A DNA stretch of 64,000 nt from Planctomycetota bacterium (lineage in GTDB: Bacteria; Planctomycetota; GCA-002687715; CAIWVZ01), in contig JBGANV010000001.1 of NCBI GenBank assembly GCA_044222185.1, positions 1,824,001-1,888,000 of the forward strand. Direction: 5' to 3'. Under the pieces are notes generated by a model, which saw nothing but the letters and a program-made list of their open reading frames with translations, searched no databases and had not been told where the DNA came from. Below, one piece after another: positions 18,806 through 27,291 of the stretch; within the stretch, counting starts at the first letter, position 1, and the number at the start of each line of letters is the position of its first letter. The translations under genes and the position numbers were made by a program.

Positions 18806-20080
18806 TCAGTTCGAGAGGTACGTTTCGAGATCGCGCGAGCGGATGACCTCGATGCCCCACGCCTGCGCCTGCTTGTAGTCGGCCGACTCGGTCAGTTCCG
18901 GTGCATCCGGGGCTTCCTTGAGTCCGAGGACGACGAAGTCCGTCTCGACCGTGACCTTGTCATCGACCTTGGCGCCCGACTGCTCGAGCATGCGCTTGGC
19001 GACTTCCTTGTTGTATCGGCCCGTGAGCTCGCCGAGGAACACGAAGCGGGTCGCGCGGGTCGGGTCGAAGAAGGGATTGGTGATCCAATCGCCCTCGGCG
19101 ATGCCAGCCATCGTGGCGTCGGAATCGACGCGGCACTCGGACTTGTCGGCCTCGACGCTCGTGACGGTGATGCGCCCCTTCAGGAGCTTCTCGCCGCCCT
19201 TGACCGTCTCGTAGACCTTGAAGGTCGTCCCGCGACGCAGGCGCTGCTTGCCGCCCACGTTGATCCACAGCGTGCCCATGGCGCGGTTGACGGCGAGAAC
19301 CTTGCCGTCCGGCTTCTCGGTGTCGCGCTGCGTGCGGAGGTTCGCCTTCAGCGAATTCACGCTCGCCTCGAGGGTCTTCATCTGGCCCTTGGCGGTGGTG
19401 ACTTCCTTGTTGGAGGTCTCCTTCGCCTTGCCGACCTCGTCGGTGAGCTCGCGATTCTTCGCCTGGGCGTCGTCACGCTGGGTGTTCGATTCGTTGAGCT
19501 GCTGCGACAGGCGCGCGGTCTGGTTCTCGCGCTCCGTGTTCAGCTCCTGCTGCTTGGCAGCGGCCGCGGCTTCGGCATCGCTCAACCGCTTGGTGAGGCT
19601 GGCGATCTCGGCGTCCTTGGTGTCGACGACGGCCGACACGGCGCCCTTGTCGTTCTTGACGGCCTTGTAGCGGCTGGACAGCTTGTCGAGCGCATCGACG
19701 AGGATGACCGGTGCAGCCGTCTCCTCCGTCTGCGTCGCCGCTTCCTTCATCCGCATGCGAACGGCGTCGAGGTGCTTGCCGAGGACTTCCGGGTCCTGGG
19801 GAAGGACTGCGCCGCGCTTGTCCCAGTTGTCAGGCTTGGGGAGTTCGGCCGGAACCGGCGCGCCGATGATCTTGGCGAGTTCCGCGTAGCAACCCTCGGC
19901 GAAGCCGAGCTTGTTCTCGCCCGCTTCAGCCTTGGCCTTCTCGGCTTCGAGCTTCTTGGCGAGGTCGCCGTTGTCCTGCATCTGTGTGAACCACAGGACG
20001 GCAAACACCAACATCACGATCACGACGACGATCAGGAAGACGACGTTGACGGCGCCGCGCTCCAACTTCGCAGATGACAT
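18806..20080 (-). CDS. Membrane-anchored coiled-coil protein with C-terminal beta domain and BRCT domain
   Basis: N-terminal TM helix; long Lys/Ala/Glu coiled coil; C-terminal FVFLG...LEQSGAKV.D.V...TDFVVLG...A..WGIEVI resembles a ligase-type BRCT domain. Confidence 0.75.
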   Translation of the reverse strand: MSSAKLERGAVNVVFLIVVVIVMLVFAVLWFTQMQDNGDLAKKLEAEKAKAEAGENKLGFAEGCYAELAKIIGAPVPAELPKPDNWDKRGAVLPQDPEVLGKHLDAVRMRMKEAATQTEETAAPVILVDALDKLSSRYKAVKNDKGAVSAVVDTKDAEIASLTKRLSDAEAAAAAKQQELNTERENQTARLSQQLNESNTQRDDAQAKNRELTDEVGKAKETSNKEVTTAKGQMKTLEASVNSLKANLRTQRDTEKPDGKVLAVNRAMGTLWINVGGKQRLRRGTTFKVYETVKGGEKLLKGRITVTSVEADKSECRVDSDATMAGIAEGDWITNPFFDPTRATRFVFLGELTGRYNKEVAKRMLEQSGAKVDDKVTVETDFVVLGLKEAPDAPELTESADYKQAQAWGIEVIRSRDLETYLSN

Positions 20081-20343
20081 CCGCTAATCTCCATCAGGGC
20101 GGCCGATTCGGGCGCCCCTGCCCCCAATTGGGCTGTCCAGTCCAATGTGCGTGACGTCCCCCATGACGCGACAGAACACGGGGTTACCCGTACCATCTTT
20201 TTCCTAGGTGAACGAAGCGGCGGGATTCTAAGCGCCTCGCGGAAGTCACGTCAAGCCGAGGTTTGCGACCGGAGCGGCTTCCCGGGTGCCCGGAGGACGA
20301 CGTCACTTGCGGACTCCGGCACGTTCCGCGCAGGATCCGAGCC

Positions 20344-21000
20344 ATGAATCCTCCGATCCTCCTCGGAATCACAGGCGGCATCGGCAGCGGAAAAACTGCC
20401 GTCGCCAGCGGTCTCGCGGCGCAGGGCGCGGCAGTCATCGAGGCGGATCGGCTCGTCCACGAGGCCCATGCCAGGCCTGCCATCCGAGACCGGATCGTCG
20501 CAGCCCTCGGAAAATCAGTCCTCGACGCCGCCGGAGGCCTCGATCGCCGTGCGATCGCAGCTCGGGTCTTCGGGCCGGGCGCGGATGCGGAGACGTCGCG
20601 CCGGGCCCTCGAGGCGATCCTCCACCCCGCCGTCCGGGAGATGATCGGCGAACGCCTCGCCGAGCTCGCCTCCGCAGCATCTCCACCGGCAGTCGTCGTG
20701 TTGGATGCCCCGCTCGTGGTCGAGGGCCCGCTCCGGCACGTGTGTGACGCCATCGTTTTCGTCGACGCCCCCGTCGAATTGCGCCGCGCCCGCACGGTCT
20801 CGACCCGGGGGTGGGGCCCGGGCGAGCTGGACGTTCGCGAACGGGCCCAGGCCTCCCTGGACGAGAAGCGCGCGGCGTCGCGGTACGTCATCCGCAACGA
20901 CGGAGACCCCGCCGGACTTGCGACTCGGTGCGCAACCCTCTTCCGTCAGGTGGTCGCCGACTTCCCAGCCGGCGGTCGAGGCGCGCGCCACGGCACCTGA
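20344..21000 (+). CDS. coaE: Dephospho-CoA kinase
   Basis: GITGGIGSGKT, LDRRAIAARVF, LEAILHP and VLDAPL motifs. Confidence 0.93.
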   Translation: MNPPILLGITGGIGSGKTAVASGLAAQGAAVIEADRLVHEAHARPAIRDRIVAALGKSVLDAAGGLDRRAIAARVFGPGADAETSRRALEAILHPAVREMIGERLAELASAASPPAVVVLDAPLVVEGPLRHVCDAIVFVDAPVELRRARTVSTRGWGPGELDVRERAQASLDEKRAASRYVIRNDGDPAGLATRCATLFRQVVADFPAGGRGARHGT

Positions 21001-21080
21001 TTGTCCGCCGATCCTCCACGGATAACCTCCTTCGCGCTCATCGAGGTTCGTTCAACCGACGAGCCCGTCAGCGTCATGCC

Positions 21081-22994
21081 GTGCCCGAGAGTCTGACCTC
21101 TCAAATTTCCGTCCCAGCACACCCCGAAGCGCGAGGAAACGCGCTGATCGGGTTGTCGATCGCCGCACTGGGCGTCGTCTACGGGGACATCGGCACGAGC
21201 CCTCTCTACGCGTTCCGCGAGTGCTTCAACGGCCCTCACGCCACGGCCGTCAGTGCGGAGAGCGTCCTCGGCGTCCTCTCGCTCATGGTGTGGTCGCTGA
21301 TCACCGTCGTCTGCGCCAAGTACCTCACGCTGCTGATGCGCGCCGACAACCACGGTGAAGGCGGGATCTTCGCCCTGCTCGCGCTCCTGGGCCCGAGCCG
21401 AGATCCGTCGGTACGGCGGCGCGTGTTGTTCATGGCGGGGGTCTTCGGCGCGGCGCTCCTCTACGGGGACGGCATGATCACTCCGTCGATCACCGTGCTC
21501 GGTGCCGTCGAAGGACTTTCCGAGGCGACGCCGGCCCTGACGCCCTACGTGGTGCCGATCTCCGTCGTCATCCTCGTCGTTCTGTTCCTCGTTCAGCAGC
21601 GCGGCACCGCCAAGGTCGGCGCGATCTTCGGCCCCATCTGCATGGTCTGGTTCGCAGCGATCGCCGCCCTGGGCTTGCGCGGAATCGTCGGCGAGCCCAG
21701 GGTCCTCGCGGCGTTCAACCCGATCCTCGGGATCACGTTCGTCGTCCACCACGGCTTCCACGGATTCCTGCTCTTCGGATCCGTCGTCCTCACGGTCACG
21801 GGGGCCGAGGCCCTCTACGCCGACATGGGCCACTTCGGAAAGTCCCCGATCCGGTGGGCCTGGTACGTGGTGGTGCTCCCGTCGCTCCTGTGCAACTACT
21901 TCGGGCAGGGCGCGTGGCTCATCCAGCACCCGGACGCAGCGACGAACCCCTTCTACGCGCTCGTCCCGTCCTGGGGTCTCTACCCCATGGTCGGGATCGC
22001 AACGCTGGCTGCATGCGTGGCGTCACAGGCGCTCATCTCCGGGGCCTATTCGTTGACGCAACAAGCGCACCAGCTCGGGTATTCGCCGCGGGTGACGATC
22101 GTCCACACCTCGGACGCAAAGGCCGGGCAGATCTACATTCCCGAGGTCAACTACGCGCTGATGCTGGCCTGCGTGGGCTTGACCGTCGGCTTCGGAAGTT
22201 CGGCACGGCTCGCTGGCGCCTACGGCCTGGCGGTGACAGGAACCATGCTGATCACGACGGCACTCTTCTACACCGTCGCGCGACGACGCTGGATGTGGAG
22301 CCGGCCGCTCGCGATGTCCGTCGCCAGTCTCTTCATGGTCGTGGACGTGGTCTTCCTCGCCGCCAACGTGCCGAAGATCCCGGACGGGGGTTGGTTCCCG
22401 CTCGTGATGGGCGTGGGGATCTTCGTCGTGATGTTCACCTGGAAGCAGGGCCGCGACATGCTGGCGCAGTTCGCGCGCACGCACGGCATCGAGACGGAGG
22501 CGCTGGTGCGGGACGTCGCCAGCAAGAAGCCCTACCGGATCCCCGGCACGGCGATCTTCATGAGCTCGGACCCGGAGACCGTGCCGCCGGCGCTGCTTCA
22601 CCACCTGAAACACAACAAGGTGCTCCACGAGCGGGTCCTGCTGCTCTCGTTCCTCACGGAGGACGTGCCTCGCGTCGCCGAGCACCGCCGCGTGGAATGC
22701 AAGGACCTCGGTGAGGGCTTCTACCAGGTGACCGGGCACTACGGGTTCGTCGAAACGCCCTACGTTCCCGCCGTGCTGCGCGCACTCAGCGAGTTCAACC
22801 TCCGCGTGAAACCAGGTGAGTCGACCTTCTACCTCGGTCGCCAGACGCTCTTGCCCGTGAAGAAGAAGGGCGGCATGGCGCTGTGGCGCAAGCGGCTCTT
22901 CGTGTTCCTGACGCGCAATGCGCCATCGGCGAGCACGTTCTTCAGCATCCCGCCCAATCGCGTCGTCGACATGGGGGCGCAAGTCGAAATCTGA
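21081..22994 (+). CDS. kup: KUP/HAK/KT potassium transporter
   Basis: GVVYGDIGTSPLY, ADNHGEGG, TGAEALYADMGHF, GQIYIP and HNKVLHE motifs; start approximate. Confidence 0.95.
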   Translation: MPESLTSQISVPAHPEARGNALIGLSIAALGVVYGDIGTSPLYAFRECFNGPHATAVSAESVLGVLSLMVWSLITVVCAKYLTLLMRADNHGEGGIFALLALLGPSRDPSVRRRVLFMAGVFGAALLYGDGMITPSITVLGAVEGLSEATPALTPYVVPISVVILVVLFLVQQRGTAKVGAIFGPICMVWFAAIAALGLRGIVGEPRVLAAFNPILGITFVVHHGFHGFLLFGSVVLTVTGAEALYADMGHFGKSPIRWAWYVVVLPSLLCNYFGQGAWLIQHPDAATNPFYALVPSWGLYPMVGIATLAACVASQALISGAYSLTQQAHQLGYSPRVTIVHTSDAKAGQIYIPEVNYALMLACVGLTVGFGSSARLAGAYGLAVTGTMLITTALFYTVARRRWMWSRPLAMSVASLFMVVDVVFLAANVPKIPDGGWFPLVMGVGIFVVMFTWKQGRDMLAQFARTHGIETEALVRDVASKKPYRIPGTAIFMSSDPETVPPALLHHLKHNKVLHERVLLLSFLTEDVPRVAEHRRVECKDLGEGFYQVTGHYGFVETPYVPAVLRALSEFNLRVKPGESTFYLGRQTLLPVKKKGGMALWRKRLFVFLTRNAPSASTFFSIPPNRVVDMGAQVEI

Positions 22995-23339
22995 AGTCGG
23001 CTGAGCTGGCGTTCGCGGTGGTTGATGATCGCGCGGTGAACGGGCGCACCGGTGCCGCTCGATCACTACCCGTCGAACGCGAGGGAGCGCCAGTCGTCCC
23101 GCCGCGAACGCGGCGGCGCGACTGGCAGGACCGCCGGACGACCGAGGCGAAGCCGAGGCGTCCGGTCCCACGGGCGTCGATCCGCCAAGGCCCGTTCGAC
23201 GATCATGCCGATGTTGGTGAACGCGCACCGACCCGCGAACCGCGCACCTCGGCCCGCGCGAGACGCGCGGCGTTCCGGCCGGTCCCCGCCGAGACGGCGG
23301 AGAACCGGCACTCCGCTGGCTTGCGCCGCGAAGGCGACG

Positions 23340-26300
23340 TCACTTCGACGGCGAGGATTCGGGCAGCGACGTCGGGCGAGATTCCGGCGGCGCCGGCGGC
23401 GGGCCACCGAGCCCTCGGATGAGGCGCTCGTGATTCGTCTGCGCCCAATGCTCGAACGCATCGCGACGGTCGTTCGCGTCTTCGATCGGCGACGACATCG
23501 TCAACGGCGGGAGGCGCTCGTCGGTCAGCGCGCGCAGCCGGGCATCGACGGCCTCACGCAGAGCCGGGTTGCGCTCCGTGAGCACCTTGAGCAGCACGGC
23601 AAAGCCCTTCGCGTCGAGCTTCCCACCACCGAGCCATGACTCGAGGAAGACCGTGTCGAGCTTCAGCTCCCGCAGCGCGAGGCGGAACCACTCGCTCCGG
23701 TCGAGCTTGCCGAAATCATCGGAGAACTTCTGGTACTCGGCACGACGAAGCGCTGGTGCCTTGGCCGTCGAGACGAAGTACGTGAGCTGGTTGAACGCGC
23801 GCTCGGCGAACGGGTCCCCTTCGGGGTTCGCCAGCGCGCGCAAGAGGTGAGGCATCGCCTCCGGCGCACCGAGTCGCGCCAGCGTCAGGACGGCGACGCG
23901 GCGCAGGTCTGCGTCATCCGAGTTGAGCGACGGGAGAAGGTCGGGAACCGCGCCCTCCCCCTTCGACGACGCCAGAGCCTCGATCGCCTGCAACCGCACG
24001 TCACGTGACTTGCTTCGGGCGTACGCGTCGGCGATCTCGGCCGTCGCCTCCGAACCGCCGATTCGCGCGAGCGTCGACAGGGCTTCGCAGCAAACCTGCA
24101 CGTCCGTGTGCTCCCGGACGATTCCACCGAGGGCGACGATGGCGCGCCGCCCACGCGAGGCCGAAAGTCCGCGGAGAACGGCGTAACGATCGTGCACGTC
24201 TCCGTCCCGGAAGATCTCCATGAGACGGGCGACGCCCTGCTCGCGCATGACGGTGCCGATCGCCTCGATGGCCCGCACGCGAAGCGGCTTGTCTGGCGAG
24301 TTGATCACCGCCTCGAGCATGGCGGGGACGCGATCGTCGTCGAACGACGCCAGGGTCCGCACGCAGGCATCGCGCACGCGTGGCTCGTAGTCTTTCAGCC
24401 CGTCGATGAGGATCGAAACGACGTCGCGGTCGCCGCGGAAACGTGCGAGTGCCTCCGCGGCCGCGGCGCGCATGTTCGCCTGCTCCGAACGAAGCGCGGC
24501 CATCACGTTGGTCCTGGGCTGTTTCGCGAGGAACTGGCGCAAGACTTCCGCCGTACGCGCTCCGGGCGAGCGGCCGAGGAACGCGAGCACTTCCTCTCGC
24601 ACCGGCACCGTATCGACGACCGCAAGCACGTCGATGAGCCGCGCTGCCGCCTCGGACAGCGTCTTCTCCTCGCGCAGCAACGCGATCAGCCGATCCGCGT
24701 TCCGCGCGCGAAACTCGGGTGCGGACACGGACAGCAGGTCCACGGCGGCGAGCCGGGCGTCCTCGCCGAACAACGGGTAGTTGTCGAGCGCGAGTTGCAG
24801 CAGCTTGTCCCGCTGCGCCTCGACCGGTGCGGAATGGAAGAACTCGGCGTTGTCCGCGAAGTAGCGCGCCCTCCCCTGCGGATCCGTGGGCGCGAACCGC
24901 TGCCACGCCAGCGATCGCTTCAGATCGAACAGCGTCTTCTCGAGCGCGTCGATCTCCGGCGGGAACGGCGCGTAATGACGCCGTGTGAACTCGTCCGGAC
25001 CCCGGCGCAGAGTGATCTCGATCACGGGATCGGTGCGCGACGGGTCTTTCGTGTCGCCGCGCACGGCGAAGAACCGCGCGGAGTCCAGAGCCTTCTTGAT
25101 GGCGTCCCGATCCGGGGCGCCGAGGACGAGGGGCTGGCCCGGCAGGTTCCGGTCCAGGACCGTGACGTCGCCGGTGAGCAACGCGGCCCGCTCCCCGCCT
25201 TCCATCCCGCTCACGCGGATCGACACGGTGCACCTGGCGAGGTCGTCGACCGTCACCATGCGCAGCTGGCGCCGCGCGACGAATCCGTTCTCGGCACGCT
25301 TCCAGTAGGCGCGCCACCGAGATGACGTGGGCCCGTAGCTCTCGCCGCTGATCAGCTCCATCTTCCGGTAGCCCAGTTCCTCCACCGCGACGTAGTCGTT
25401 GAAGAAGCTTCCGCCAGCCACCGTGTCGATGAGGATCGGCATCAGGTACTTGTCCGCGATCGCGCGGAGCGTGGCGTCGTCCGTCCGAAACGACACGTTC
25501 GCGAGCGCGATGGCCGCGGCACCCCGGTAGAACGGGTCGTCGCCCTGCAGCATGCGCAGCGCGCGGTCGCGCACCGACTCGTTGTCGGGAATCAACACGA
25601 CGCCCTTCACGTCCTCCGCCTCCGTCAGCGCGAGCAACGCGTACGCCGCCTGCCGCTGCGTGCCCGTGCGGGCGAGGGCCAGGAGTTTCTTGAACTCCGT
25701 CTCCGTGCCGTGCCGCGCGACGTGCCGCGCGGCGACCGCAGCCACGCCCACCTCCGGGTCGGCGAGTGCATCGATGAACTCGTCGCGCGACGCGGAGTCC
25801 GGCACCCGCGTCATGAGGTCCATGGCGACGGCGCGCGTCTGCGCCGTGCGTGATTTGAACAGCGTGATGAGGTCCGGCATGTACTGCGGATCGAGGACGG
25901 CCGGCAGCGCGTTCTGCGCCGCGAGCCGCACACGGCCGACCTGGTGCGTGAGGAACGGGAGGAGCTGACGGGGCCCCGCGATCGGATCGATGCGAATCAG
26001 CGCGGCCATCAAGTCGGCCAGCGCAGCGCCGTTCGTCGGCTCGCGGATCGCGGCGATCAACGAGGGCGTCGCGGCCTTGGCGCCCATCTCACCGAGCGCG
26101 AACGCGCTGGCGGCTTGGACGCGCCAGTCGTTGTTCCCGAGCCCGGCGATGAGCCGAGGCTCGACGCTCGCGCCCAGACCCGAGAGGGCGATGGCCGCGT
26201 CCTTCCCCGGTTTCGCCGGCCAGCGCGACAGCCGTCCGAAGAGCGTCTCCACGGGATCGCCGCTCGTCGGTGCCGGCGCGTCCTGGGGCGCGGTGGCGGG

Positions 26301-26477
26301 AGCGTCCGCCGGGCGAGAGTCGGCGGGCTTCGCCACGTCGTCCCCGGGCGAGAAGACGGGCCTCGCGCCGGGCTTCCCGGCGCGAGGCGGGTTGACGTGC
26401 GTCGGAGGGTTGTTCTGCGCCGTGAGGACGACCGCGGCGAGACTCCAAGCGAGGAGCGTGACGACAGACTTGAGCAT
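23340..26477 (-). CDS. Large exported HEAT-repeat protein
   Basis: Signal peptide, Pro-rich linker and many D..VR..A..AL repeats at both ends around a non-repeat central domain. Confidence 0.8.
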   Translation of the reverse strand: MLKSVVTLLAWSLAAVVLTAQNNPPTHVNPPRAGKPGARPVFSPGDDVAKPADSRPADAPATAPQDAPAPTSGDPVETLFGRLSRWPAKPGKDAAIALSGLGASVEPRLIAGLGNNDWRVQAASAFALGEMGAKAATPSLIAAIREPTNGAALADLMAALIRIDPIAGPRQLLPFLTHQVGRVRLAAQNALPAVLDPQYMPDLITLFKSRTAQTRAVAMDLMTRVPDSASRDEFIDALADPEVGVAAVAARHVARHGTETEFKKLLALARTGTQRQAAYALLALTEAEDVKGVVLIPDNESVRDRALRMLQGDDPFYRGAAAIALANVSFRTDDATLRAIADKYLMPILIDTVAGGSFFNDYVAVEELGYRKMELISGESYGPTSSRWRAYWKRAENGFVARRQLRMVTVDDLARCTVSIRVSGMEGGERAALLTGDVTVLDRNLPGQPLVLGAPDRDAIKKALDSARFFAVRGDTKDPSRTDPVIEITLRRGPDEFTRRHYAPFPPEIDALEKTLFDLKRSLAWQRFAPTDPQGRARYFADNAEFFHSAPVEAQRDKLLQLALDNYPLFGEDARLAAVDLLSVSAPEFRARNADRLIALLREEKTLSEAAARLIDVLAVVDTVPVREEVLAFLGRSPGARTAEVLRQFLAKQPRTNVMAALRSEQANMRAAAAEALARFRGDRDVVSILIDGLKDYEPRVRDACVRTLASFDDDRVPAMLEAVINSPDKPLRVRAIEAIGTVMREQGVARLMEIFRDGDVHDRYAVLRGLSASRGRRAIVALGGIVREHTDVQVCCEALSTLARIGGSEATAEIADAYARSKSRDVRLQAIEALASSKGEGAVPDLLPSLNSDDADLRRVAVLTLARLGAPEAMPHLLRALANPEGDPFAERAFNQLTYFVSTAKAPALRRAEYQKFSDDFGKLDRSEWFRLALRELKLDTVFLESWLGGGKLDAKGFAVLLKVLTERNPALREAVDARLRALTDERLPPLTMSSPIEDANDRRDAFEHWAQTNHERLIRGLGGPPPAPPESRPTSLPESSPSK

Positions 26478-26725
26478 GCTCGGACTCCGCCGATACGAAC
26501 CGAGATTCAGGGCACGTCGGGCAGGGACAGGAAAGGCCCCGGTTCTACGGCCTCGGAGGGGGGTCGGTCAACGGGTCGTTGCGTCGGCGGGCACGCGGTG
26601 GCGCCCGTCCGCGAATCCGGCCTGGCGACCCATGGCGCTCAACCCCATGGGATACTGCACGCCTCGCCCGCGCGTGCGGGTTCGCATGGTTCGGGCACCG
26701 TGCCAGGCCGATGGAGGAACACGAC

Positions 26726-26911
26726 ATGCGGAGCATGCGGCTGATCTCGGTCGTGCTGGTCGTCGCACTCGTGGCGCGTTGGATCCGTTTGCTCGACTTT
26801 GGATCCTCCCCGAACCCGTCGTCGGCGGAGCGCCTGGCCTCCCGAGTCCGACGAGGAGGCCTGGCTGGATGGCGAGACCTCCGGGCTCGCCAGAGCGTTG
26901 AGGTGCCCTGA
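26726..26911 (+). pseudogene. Possible truncated secreted-protein gene running into repeat copy 1
   Basis: GGAGG ribosome-binding site followed by ATG and the signal-peptide-like MRSMRLISVVLVVALVA; the reading frame enters the repeat at 26827. Confidence 0.35.
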
Positions 26912-27015
26912 TACTCAGACGGCTGTCGCGCGAGCGGCCCCGCGACTCGAGATCCGTTGCGAGTTCCCGGCGGGGCGGAGCCCCCGCCGTCCAGCCGCGT
27001 AGAACGCGGCGCTCC
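26827..27015. repeat. ~189 bp structured REP/REPIN-like element, copy 1
   Basis: Starts GGAGCGCC and ends GGCGCTCC; first 65 nt identical to copy 3; multiple internal hairpins. Confidence 0.9.
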
Positions 27016-27080
27016 TGTCGCCGCGATTCCGACGCCGCATGGCACGCGATTCCGCAATCCGAGATTCGTTGCGAGTCCGC

Positions 27081-27269
27081 GGAGCGCCTGGCTTCCCGAG
27101 TTCGACGAGGAGGCCTGGCAGGGTGGCGAGAACGCCGGGGTCGCCGGAGTGTGGAGGGGCGTTGAGATTCAGACGGCTGCGGCGCGCGCCGTTCAGCGAC
27201 GTCAGATCCGGTGCGAGTTCCCGGCGGGGCGGAGCCCCCACCGTCCAGCCGCGTGAAACGCGGCGCTTC
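27081..27269. repeat. ~189 bp structured REP/REPIN-like element, copy 2
   Basis: Same length and orientation as copy 1, separated from it by a 65 bp spacer; central part nearly identical to copy 3. Confidence 0.9.
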
Positions 27270-27291
27270 GGCCATCGGCGCGAAGCGGACG

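Noticed and set aside
22995-23339. ~345 bp gap between convergent kup and the HEAT gene as a gene or ncRNA
   Set aside because: No recognisable motif, RBS-supported ORF or convincing conserved structure was seen.
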